Below, piece after piece: positions 1-8,302 of a stretch of 64,000 nucleotides of DNA (position 1 is its first letter; the number at the start of each line of letters is the position of its first letter). Under the pieces are notes generated by a model, which had not been told where the DNA came from, ran no database searches, and worked only from the letters and a program-made list of their open reading frames with translations. The DNA comes from a virus: positions 46,916-110,915 of IMG/VR virus record IMGVR_UViG_3300028384_001046, one strand, 5' to 3'. The translations under genes and the position numbers were made by a program.

Positions 1-1
1 C

Positions 2-3000
2 AACGATCTCGTCACTTATGCTAACGTAGTATATCGTGTTACTGAGGCACACACTTCTGTTGGTACATTTATCGATGAAACGAAGGTTGTTCAGTATGTC
101 GCAGGATTTAATGCGGAAGGAGATTGGAGCTTAGAAGAAGATTACCAAAAAGGAGACGTTGTTAACTACAACGGATCGTCCTATGTTGCAATTACTACTT
201 CCGTAGCAGGATTTGTTCCACCACAATTCATCGGTTTAGGAACAGGTAGCAAGTGGAATATTCTTGCTGATGGCCTTGCTGGTGCGGCAATCACATATAC
301 CGAGGGTACATACTATAGAGGCGATATGATCCTCTATGGTGGTAATACATATCGCCACAAGGTTGGTGTTACTACTAACGTTTCTCCAATTCAAGTTGGT
401 TTGGGAAGTGTTGGTGATGCTGCTAGAGATGGCTCATCAACTTGGGATCTTTTGGTCAAAGGATTCAGTTTCGTTGGTAATTTCTCTACAACATTCGCAT
501 ATCACCCAGGTCATGTTGTTAGATATGGATCTAACTCCTATGTCTCGGTTGGCAATTCCTTCGTAAATATTGACCCAGTTGTTGGTGTAGGCACCTATTG
601 GGAGACACTGGCTGCTGGTGACTCCGCTGCTGCTCTGAACACTAAGGGTGATCTTCTTACCTATAACGGTGGTCCGGCTAGAATCGGTATTGGTTCTACT
701 GGTTATGCTCTTGCAGTTCAGTCTAATGGACTACCTGGATACGAAATTGTAGGTAACCAGACTAGAATTTACTATGTTGACTCCGAGGATGGAATTGATA
801 CAAACAACGGTCTTGCACCTAACCTAGCATTTAGAACAATTAAACAGGCTTGTCGTTCTGCACGTCCTGATAACGCTATTACTGATTTCGATTATACAGC
901 TGCCACTGGTGTTGCGACAATCACATCTCCTGGTCACGGATTGGCTAACACTGGTACGTTTATCCAGTTGGCTGAAATTGAGTTTGAGTGTCTGTCTGGT
1001 GGTAATGTCTTCAACATCCTGGGCATGACCTACAACAAGTCTGTTGGTCTTGCAACTATCACGGCTATTGGTCTTGGTGCTGCTCCAGAAATCGGAATCG
1101 GTGCTACTGTAAGACTAAGAAACCTTGGTGTTTCGTTCACTGGTAACGCAAACTTCGATCACCAGTTCTCCAGTGCATTGGATGATGCAGTTATCACTGG
1201 TGGTGATTATATCCACAACTTCGTTGCTGCTACTGCAGGTGCAGTCAACGTTGTGACTGGATCCCTTGCAGGTTCTCAGTTAACTCCAACAAACGCTGTT
1301 TACTCCGCAAATAGTGGTGAATTGGAGATCACAGTTGGTTCTCACGGCCTGTCTATTAGTGACACCATCAGCTTCGACGCCAATTCCATGACATTCACTT
1401 GTCAGATGGACGGTGGTACTGCTAATAAAACATATCCAAGAACAACTGACCCCGCATACGGCGTTAATCTTCCAATTAGTGCAATTACTGCGAATACCTT
1501 CACAGTTAACGTTGGACCTTCTCCAATTGTAAACTTCAACGTTAGTGATGCAACATATAACCAGACCACTGGTGATATGACAATGACCATCGGTATTCAC
1601 CAACTTGATGTTGGCACATCGGTCAAACTTCTCACTGAAGGTCTGATCTTCAAGTGTTCCATGGATGGTTATCTAACCGACCACGCATATCCAAGAGCAA
1701 CTGCTGGTGATGGTTCTCCTGACCCTGCATACAACACTGCTCTGTCAATTACTGCTGCAACAACTACCACCATCACAGTTAACGTTGGTACTGCAAGTTC
1801 TTCTCAGACAATTAACGGTAAGTTCCCTGCAGTTCACACTCAGGCATCTACCTTCCAGTTCCCAGTACAGGCTGTTCCTGATGCGAACTCTATCGTAGTT
1901 AACGTTGGTGCTTCTCAGACTGATTACCTCTACGTTTCTGGTGGTACTGCATTCGTTGGTGTTACTACAACTGTTTATCCTGATAAGGTTTCCAAGTCTT
2001 ACTTTGAGGTTCTTCAGGTTATTGACGCTGACACCATCAGAACTAACGTTGGTATTTCTACTATCAACCACACATATGTAAGAGGTGGTCATCTAACTGA
2101 CTTGACTCCTGCTATTCTGAAACTATCTGCTTCTCAGTTCTATGAGCAACTGCCAATCAAGGTTCCTCCTTTCACCTCGATTGTTGGTAACTCTCTAAGA
2201 GGTACTCAAGTTCTACCTGCTTCTGGTATTTCTGACGACAGTGTTACTCCTAACAACAGATCTCAGATGTTCCAAATGTCTGATGCAACTACGCTTCAGG
2301 CGCTTTCCATGAAAGGAATGGAAGGATTCTATTATGATCCACAAGCACCCTATGTACTCGATAATGCCAACCTAAGAACTGGTATTGGTACTACCGCTTG
2401 TGGTGTTGTTTGTGCTCTAAACCCAGATTCTCCAATCAATAACAAGTCTCCTTACGTCAAGGATTGTACCGTATTCTCGGACAATGCTTATGACTATGGT
2501 CGCTTCGGTGGTGGTGCAGTCGGCGTCTTCTGTGACGGTGGCGTCCATGACGAAGGTGCAAAATCGATGGTCTTTGACTCCTTCACCCAGGTATCTTCTG
2601 ATGGTGCTGGATTCATCCTCGACAAGAGTGCAATTGCTGAGATTGTCTCCTGTTTCACCTACTACTGTCAGTGGGGTTACTACTCTGGTGGTGGATCTAG
2701 AATCCGTTCTGTTGGTGGTAACAACTCCTATGGTGACTATGGTGTTATTGCATCTGGTTTCTCCACTGAGGAGACCCCAAGAACCGCAAGAGTCTTTGGT
2801 GCCCTGATGGCCGTTAATGGCGCTACTAAGGCAGGTACACTGGCAATCGGTGCTACCATGTTCGGTGCAACATCTGGTGCTCGTGGATGGTTCCTGAATG
2901 ACCAAACTGCTGCAGATAAGATCTACTTCAAGTATCATCCTGGTTACGGTTCGGTTGGTCTTGGAACCACTGGATTCGTAGATGGTGAAGTTGTCTGGTT

Positions 3001-4198
3001 CGGTGATGGTGGTGAAAATGGTGCTGGTATTGGTTCCATCACGATGTCTGGTGTTACATCTTCTATCAGTGGACAAAAGGGTACAATCCTTGAAGTTGAT
3101 AATGTCTCTTCAACTCTATTGGTTGGTGACGCACTTGGATTCTCCACAACTTCTTACGGTGATGATGATCTCTTCTATATCATCAATACCATTACAAATG
3201 TCTCTGCCGCGACTACGTACACGTATTACACGACGACTGGCATCGCAACCATAACATATCCAGAACGTGCTACATTGACCATTTCCCCAGAGAAATCTAC
3301 TGGAACATGGGATACCAGAGAAGTTACTGGTGCAGGTTCTACTATTAGTATTAGAACTCTCTTCTCACAGTGTCGCCTAACAGGTCATGACTTCCTGAGT
3401 GTTGGTACTGGTAGTAAGGCAGAAACCAACTATCCTGATGTTGATCAAACTAGAATTATTCAGGGTAATGAAACTAATTACTTCGGTCCTGGTAAAGTCT
3501 TCTTTGTCTCTACTGACCAAGGTGGTAACTTCAGAGTTGGTCAATTCTTCTCCGTTGACCAGTTGACTGGTCGCGCCACCCTGGACGCCTCCGCGTTCAA
3601 CCTGTCTGGTCTGACTGAACTGAGACTGGGTGCAATTGGTGGTCAGGTCGGTGAGGCAATTAACGAATTCTCCTCTGACGAATTCATGTCTGGTCTGTCC
3701 AATAATGCATGTCCTACTGAGGCTGCAGTTGCTGGATTCCTCCGCCACGGTTCGATGGGAACCAAGGCCATGACTCCTCCAGTTGGTACTACCGCTCAAA
3801 GACCTGGAGGCGTTGATGAAGAGTTCAACACTGGTGCTCTAAGATTTAACACCGATCTCGGTGCTCTTGAGTACTACAACGGAACCAGTTGGATACAACC
3901 TGGAATTCAAGCTTATTCTACCGTGACTACTTCTGGATCAGTTGTATCTGGCACCACTTACTTTGTCAATACCAATGGCGGTCAAGTCACTCTAGATCTT
4001 CCCGCATCTCCTAATCTTGGAGATACCATTAGATTCTATGACGTTGCGAAGACATTCGATTCTAACAACTTAATTGTTGGACGTAATGGAAAACTGATTC
4101 AGGGTGACGCTGCTAATATGACTGTTGCTCTTGAGGGTGCGTCATTTGAACTCACCTTCTCTGGTGACTCCTATGGTTGGAGACTGTTCTCCGTCTGA
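2..4198 (+). CDS. Large tail fibre / virion structural protein, 5'-truncated by the window edge
   Basis: The frame is open from nt 2 through the listed start at 326. It has CBM-like 'W..Y.KGDVVNYNGSSYVA' repeats, beta-rich 'Y...TG..TIT...HGL' repeats, a pectin-lyase-like beta-helix region, and a C-terminal 'VNT.GG.VTLDLPASP.LGD.I.F.D' fibre domain. Confidence 0.8.
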   Translation, partial: NDLVTYANVVYRVTEAHTSVGTFIDETKVVQYVAGFNAEGDWSLEEDYQKGDVVNYNGSSYVAITTSVAGFVPPQFIGLGTGSKWNILADGLAGAAITYTEGTYYRGDMILYGGNTYRHKVGVTTNVSPIQVGLGSVGDAARDGSSTWDLLVKGFSFVGNFSTTFAYHPGHVVRYGSNSYVSVGNSFVNIDPVVGVGTYWETLAAGDSAAALNTKGDLLTYNGGPARIGIGSTGYALAVQSNGLPGYEIVGNQTRIYYVDSEDGIDTNNGLAPNLAFRTIKQACRSARPDNAITDFDYTAATGVATITSPGHGLANTGTFIQLAEIEFECLSGGNVFNILGMTYNKSVGLATITAIGLGAAPEIGIGATVRLRNLGVSFTGNANFDHQFSSALDDAVITGGDYIHNFVAATAGAVNVVTGSLAGSQLTPTNAVYSANSGELEITVGSHGLSISDTISFDANSMTFTCQMDGGTANKTYPRTTDPAYGVNLPISAITANTFTVNVGPSPIVNFNVSDATYNQTTGDMTMTIGIHQLDVGTSVKLLTEGLIFKCSMDGYLTDHAYPRATAGDGSPDPAYNTALSITAATTTTITVNVGTASSSQTINGKFPAVHTQASTFQFPVQAVPDANSIVVNVGASQTDYLYVSGGTAFVGVTTTVYPDKVSKSYFEVLQVIDADTIRTNVGISTINHTYVRGGHLTDLTPAILKLSASQFYEQLPIKVPPFTSIVGNSLRGTQVLPASGISDDSVTPNNRSQMFQMSDATTLQALSMKGMEGFYYDPQAPYVLDNANLRTGIGTTACGVVCALNPDSPINNKSPYVKDCTVFSDNAYDYGRFGGGAVGVFCDGGVHDEGAKSMVFDSFTQVSSDGAGFILDKSAIAEIVSCFTYYCQWGYYSGGGSRIRSVGGNNSYGDYGVIASGFSTEETPRTARVFGALMAVNGATKAGTLAIGATMFGATSGARGWFLNDQTAADKIYFKYHPGYGSVGLGTTGFVDGEVVWFGDGGENGAGIGSITMSGVTSSISGQKGTILEVDNVSSTLLVGDALGFSTTSYGDDDLFYIINTITNVSAATTYTYYTTTGIATITYPERATLTISPEKSTGTWDTREVTGAGSTISIRTLFSQCRLTGHDFLSVGTGSKAETNYPDVDQTRIIQGNETNYFGPGKVFFVSTDQGGNFRVGQFFSVDQLTGRATLDASAFNLSGLTELRLGAIGGQVGEAINEFSSDEFMSGLSNNACPTEAAVAGFLRHGSMGTKAMTPPVGTTAQRPGGVDEEFNTGALRFNTDLGALEYYNGTSWIQPGIQAYSTVTTSGSVVSGTTYFVNTNGGQVTLDLPASPNLGDTIRFYDVAKTFDSNNLIVGRNGKLIQGDAANMTVALEGASFELTFSGDSYGWRLFSV

Positions 4199-4239
4199 TA
4201 CGTGACTATCTTTATTATGATTTTTCTTTATCCTTCGTC

Positions 4240-4245
4240 TAAATA
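4240..4245 (+). promoter_or_regulatory. T4-type late (gp55) promoter core TAAATA
   Basis: cTAAATA in the intergenic gap 20 nt before the ATG at 4266. Confidence 0.6.
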
Positions 4246-4265
4246 AAACTAATCTAGGATCGTAA

Positions 4266-5048
4266 ATGGCCAACTATAGATCATATAAAAAAGTCACAGC
4301 GTCCCAGGTTCCTGATGGGTCTATCACCATTGAAAAACTCGCAAATGGTGTTGGACCCTCTTGGTGCGTAAAAACTTTCTATGGTGATCCAGGAGTTTGT
4401 ACTCCTGGTTGTTGCTGTAACTGGACAGTACCAGCGGGAGTTGCTAAACTAACTTGGGAACTATGGGGTGCTGGAGGAAACGGACACGGAGCCTGTTCTT
4501 GTAGAAGATGCCATCACTATAGAGGTGCTGGTGGAGGTTCTTTCACAACCAAAACAATCGATACTACCCCAGGATGTTCATATACAGTATGTGCTGCTGG
4601 AGTTTACAGATGTTGTTCACGAGAATGTGTAGGATGTTACGGATGTGCATCGTATGTTAATGGATATAACTTGACTAACTTCTGTGCAGTTGGTGGTGGT
4701 AGAGGAGAGGCTAATACAGATTGGTCCAACCTCTGTCATTCAACAATTGCTTGTTGCGTTCAACCTGGAAGTTATAATAGTGACTTTGGAATGAATGCAC
4801 ATTGGCCTGGATTCAGTGGTCACTGGAGTTGCCATTGTGGACTATCTGTAACTCAAACTTGTTCTGGTGGTGCTCCATTTATTGGAGTTGGTAATAAAAC
4901 GTATTCTTCACACTGCTGGATTCGTTGTGGTTGCTGGTCCTCTCCATATGGTGCAGGTGGACAGGGTGCAATGACTTCATATTGTGAGAGATGCTGCGGA
5001 CAAGGTGGTACAGGTGGATCTGGACTTGTAAGACTCACATACATGTAA
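4266..5048 (+). CDS. Cys/Gly-rich tail-fibre-associated (adhesin-like) protein, paralogue 1
   Basis: 260 aa with 28 Cys; 'WTVP.GV..L.WELWGAGG.G' and C-terminal 'GG.GG.GLVRLTY' glycine-rich fibre-tip signature. Confidence 0.7.
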   Translation: MANYRSYKKVTASQVPDGSITIEKLANGVGPSWCVKTFYGDPGVCTPGCCCNWTVPAGVAKLTWELWGAGGNGHGACSCRRCHHYRGAGGGSFTTKTIDTTPGCSYTVCAAGVYRCCSRECVGCYGCASYVNGYNLTNFCAVGGGRGEANTDWSNLCHSTIACCVQPGSYNSDFGMNAHWPGFSGHWSCHCGLSVTQTCSGGAPFIGVGNKTYSSHCWIRCGCWSSPYGAGGQGAMTSYCERCCGQGGTGGSGLVRLTYM

Positions 5049-5060
5049 TAGAGGGAATCA

Positions 5061-5855
5061 ATGGCTAGCTATTTAAGTTACAAAAAAATTCAAGGCGATC
5101 AGTTAGAGGATAATATCCTCGACGCTGCTAAGTTCTCCACATCCCCGACTTCCACGTTTGGAGTGAAGTGGATCTACGGGACAATGTGTCGTTGTTCTCC
5201 TGGTTGTTGTTGTCTTTGGACTGTACCTACTGGAGTTAAGAAACTCTGGATTCAGGCTTGGGGATCTGGTGGTAATGGTGCAGGTGCATGTTCTTGTAAT
5301 AGATGCCAACACTATAGAGGTGCAGGCGGTGGATTTTATAATAGTGTCATGATTGATACTGCTTCAGGATGTCAGTATCGTGTCTGTGCAGGTGGTGTAT
5401 ATCCATGTCTCTCTATAGAATGTTGTGGATGTATTGGTTGTGCATCATATGTTAATGGATATAACTTGAGCAACTTCTGTGCATATGGTGGTTCATGTGG
5501 TCACGCTAATAGTAGTTGGTCAACCTCATGTAACGCAACTTGGCATTGCTGTGTAGCACCAACATCTAATGGTGGTCAGTTTGGTATGGGTAATCTGCGT
5601 GACAGTTGGACCAATGGTGGATATTCCACTAACCGTGGCTGGTGTCACTGCTATGTTCAGATGACTAACCCAACTGCCGCTCCATTTATTGGAACAGAAG
5701 TTATTCAATCTATTCGTGAGTGCTGGATTCGTTGTGGTTGCTGGATCGTTCCTTATGGTAATGGTGGACAAAATGCAATGACTACCTATTGCGGACGTTG
5801 CTGTGGTCAAGGTGGTACTGGCGGTGGCGGTCTCGTCAAAATTACGTACTTCTGA
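5061..5855 (+). CDS. Cys/Gly-rich tail-fibre-associated protein, paralogue 2
   Basis: 264 aa with 28 Cys; collinear with paralogue 1. Confidence 0.7.
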   Translation: MASYLSYKKIQGDQLEDNILDAAKFSTSPTSTFGVKWIYGTMCRCSPGCCCLWTVPTGVKKLWIQAWGSGGNGAGACSCNRCQHYRGAGGGFYNSVMIDTASGCQYRVCAGGVYPCLSIECCGCIGCASYVNGYNLSNFCAYGGSCGHANSSWSTSCNATWHCCVAPTSNGGQFGMGNLRDSWTNGGYSTNRGWCHCYVQMTNPTAAPFIGTEVIQSIRECWIRCGCWIVPYGNGGQNAMTTYCGRCCGQGGTGGGGLVKITYF

Positions 5856-5881
5856 TAAATAACTATTAAATAGGACTCCTA

Positions 5882-6679
5882 ATGGCTAATTACGCTTCTT
5901 ATAAACAGATTAGTAACTCCCAAATCGTTGATGGGTCTATTACAAACACCCAGTTAGTACAGGGCGCTTTCTCGAACTGGAACGTCAAATGGATCTATGG
6001 TGATGCACAGGCAATGACATCTGGTTGTTGCTGTAATTGGACAGTACCCACTGGAGTCCAAAGGGTTTATTGGGAGCTCTGGGGTGCTGGAGGAAACGGA
6101 CACGGAACGTGTTCTTGTAATAGATGTTATAACTGGCATGGTGCTGGTGGAGGATACTATAACTCAAAATCAATGGGTGTCAGTGCTGGAGACAGTTACA
6201 CTGTTTGTGCTGCTGGTGTTTATCGTTGTTGTTCCAGAGATTGTGTTGGATGTAGAGGATGTAGTTCCTATGTAAACGGAACTGGACTATCTAACTTCTG
6301 TGCTGCTGGTGGAACAAGAGGTTGTGCAACTAACTCTTGGAGTACTACTTGTTTCTCTGCATTCCAAGATTGCTGCGTTCAACCAGGAGCATGGGGTGGA
6401 GACTTTGCAATGGGTAACCACGCTGGTGGTACTAGAAAAGGATATGGTGGTGGTGGTTGGAACTGTCACTGTTACTATAACGAAAGTAGACCCACTGGTG
6501 CTCCATTCATGGGTACTATGGGTGTCAACTCTGCTGTTAGACACTGTTGGGTTCGTTGTGGTTGCTGGAGAGTTCCTTATGCACATGGTGGTCAGGGCGC
6601 AGTTACATCTTACTGTGAGAGATGTTGCGGACAAGGTGGAACAGGTGGTAGTGGTGTTGTTAAAATCAGCTACATGTGA
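5882..6679 (+). CDS. Cys/Gly-rich tail-fibre-associated protein, paralogue 3
   Basis: 265 aa with 25 Cys; collinear with paralogues 1 and 2; TAAATA at 5856 and 5867 upstream. Confidence 0.7.
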   Translation: MANYASYKQISNSQIVDGSITNTQLVQGAFSNWNVKWIYGDAQAMTSGCCCNWTVPTGVQRVYWELWGAGGNGHGTCSCNRCYNWHGAGGGYYNSKSMGVSAGDSYTVCAAGVYRCCSRDCVGCRGCSSYVNGTGLSNFCAAGGTRGCATNSWSTTCFSAFQDCCVQPGAWGGDFAMGNHAGGTRKGYGGGGWNCHCYYNESRPTGAPFMGTMGVNSAVRHCWVRCGCWRVPYAHGGQGAVTSYCERCCGQGGTGGSGVVKISYM

Positions 6680-6699
6680 TCCATCATTAGTATTATTCA

Positions 6700-6721
6700 G
6701 ACCCCGAAAGGGGTTTTTTTT
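6700..6721 (+). terminator. Rho-independent terminator
   Basis: gacccc-GAAA-ggggtt hairpin followed by a T-run. Confidence 0.85.
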
Positions 6722-6730
6722 ATGTTTTTT

Positions 6731-6738
6731 TATAAATA
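6731..6738 (+). promoter_or_regulatory. T4-type late promoter TATAAATA
   Basis: Exact T4 late consensus directly after the terminator and upstream of 6776. Confidence 0.8.
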
Positions 6739-6775
6739 ATCGAGAAGGACGTTAACCTGAAAAAATTTAACCACC

Positions 6776-7552
6776 ATGGCAACAGAAATTATTTCTCACG
6801 CTTGGAACATGCCAGTTCCAAATGACTTCCTAAGAGATCACTCTTTTAGTGAAGGTAGAACAAGAGCCGTCAGTTATGACGGACCAGATAAGATTTGGCT
6901 TCAAATCGGTGCAGATGGTACTGAACTGTATGGTCCACTGACTGAAGATGATATGGCTGATGGGCGCCCAGTCCCAGCTGATGTTACTCAGATGTTTGAA
7001 GTAAACTGTACTGAGTATCCTCTCATCTGTCAGTTAAGAGCACCAGTTATCAACGAAAGACAAGAAGATAGAAGTGTAGATGATGAAATTCGTCATCCAG
7101 ATTGTCCTGATATGACTGCCCAAGGTTACAGGACCTTTACTTACAATGAAACTCTTTTTGTGGAAGACATCTATGACGCTTCAACTGTCAGAGTTGTTGA
7201 TGGAGTTCCAACAGTTCATGCCTTTACCGTTAATGAAAAACTGATTGGTAGAGCAGATGATTTAACTTGGGATGATATCAGATCTCATAGAAACGCTCTT
7301 CTAGATGGTAGTGATCAATCTATTGCAGAGGACATGCCTGAAGATATGAAGAATAGTTGGAAAGCATATCGCCAAAAGTTGAGAGATCTCCCTGCAGAGC
7401 TTGAGGCTGCTGGAGTTAGTCCAAATATTGCATACTATATGTTCCCACAACAGCCATTCTTTACTACTCCACCTTCTGATCCAGAACCACCTGCAGATGC
7501 AACTGCAGGTTGGGCTCCACCAGAAAGTGGTGTTATGAATGGGGTTTCCTGA
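6776..7552 (+). CDS. Phage tail-fibre assembly chaperone
   Basis: C-terminal 'WDDIRSHRNALLDGSD...WKAYRQKLRDLP' motif of the phage tail assembly chaperone family; lies next to fibre genes. Confidence 0.75.
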   Translation: MATEIISHAWNMPVPNDFLRDHSFSEGRTRAVSYDGPDKIWLQIGADGTELYGPLTEDDMADGRPVPADVTQMFEVNCTEYPLICQLRAPVINERQEDRSVDDEIRHPDCPDMTAQGYRTFTYNETLFVEDIYDASTVRVVDGVPTVHAFTVNEKLIGRADDLTWDDIRSHRNALLDGSDQSIAEDMPEDMKNSWKAYRQKLRDLPAELEAAGVSPNIAYYMFPQQPFFTTPPSDPEPPADATAGWAPPESGVMNGVS

Positions 7553-7572
7553 ATCTGATATATAATATGATT

Positions 7573-7596
7573 AGGGGGATATAATCCCCCTTTTTT
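7573..7596 (+). terminator. Probable Rho-independent terminator
   Basis: agggggat-ATA-atccccct hairpin followed by a T-run. Confidence 0.7.
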
Positions 7597-7609
7597 AATG
7601 GGAGGAATT

Positions 7610-8242
7610 ATGTTTGAACTGAATGAATCTCGTAAAACAACAGTAAAAAAAGTCTACGATCATGCTAAAAATGAACTGGGACATGTATGGAGGTATGTAA
7701 TTACTGTAGATGATTTTTATAAAAACCCAGATGAAGTGAGGGAGTTTGCTTTAAATTGTACCCCCAAAAAAGATAAAAAGTATACTGGCAATCTTATTGG
7801 GTCTAGAGTTGTTGAAGATGTAAATGGTTTTGATCAGAATTTAAGACAAGTTTTTGAAAAAGCATGTCAATTTGATTTTTGGAATCCAGAGTTCGATGAA
7901 ACTTTTTGGAGAGACACAAAATTTATGGTAAATGTCACCACCTCAGATGATATTGAAACCAGATTTAATGAGAGAAAACACACTTATACATTCCATAAAG
8001 ACTCCACCAGTTATAAGTGGGCATCATTAATCTATCTCAATAAAGAAGAGGAGTGTGATGGTGGAACCAACTTTTATGCGTGGATGCCAGAAGATCCTTG
8101 CGCTACACCTAGATTGGAATATAGTATAGAAATGAAGTATAATAGAATGGTTTTATATGAGTGTGATCATATGCATGGAGCTGTCCTAAAAAAAGGTATG
8201 TTCAGTGATTTCCCGAGACTAACACAAGTGTTATTCATGTAA
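7610..8242 (+). CDS. DUF6445-like / 2OG-Fe(II) dioxygenase-fold protein
   Basis: 'VDDFYKNPDEVREFAL', 'HKD..WASLIYLN..ECDGGTNFY', 'MKYNRMVLY...H'; GGAGG RBS before ATG 7610. Confidence 0.65.
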   Translation: MFELNESRKTTVKKVYDHAKNELGHVWRYVITVDDFYKNPDEVREFALNCTPKKDKKYTGNLIGSRVVEDVNGFDQNLRQVFEKACQFDFWNPEFDETFWRDTKFMVNVTTSDDIETRFNERKHTYTFHKDSTSYKWASLIYLNKEEECDGGTNFYAWMPEDPCATPRLEYSIEMKYNRMVLYECDHMHGAVLKKGMFSDFPRLTQVLFM

Positions 8243-8253
8243 TTTTGGTGTAC

Positions 8254-8259
8254 TAAATA
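8254..8259 (+). promoter_or_regulatory. Late promoter core TAAATA for the glycosyltransferase operon
   Basis: acTAAATAaa in the intergenic gap before 8303. Confidence 0.6.
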
Positions 8260-8302
8260 AATCAGAATAGATCATTCTTTATCATCCCGTTTGGAGTTGT
8301 AT

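Noticed and set aside
1280-3799. Minus-strand ORFs within the tail-fibre gene
   Set aside because: They are antisense shadows of Gly/Thr/Val-biased codons.
4266-6679. Diversity-generating retroelement or invertase-driven fibre switching
   Set aside because: No reverse transcriptase, recombinase, adenine-specific TR/VR pair or inverted crossover sites are visible in the window.
4266-6679. RiPP precursors or metallothioneins
   Set aside because: Their length, glycine-rich fibre-tip motifs and the adjacent chaperone fit structural adhesins better.
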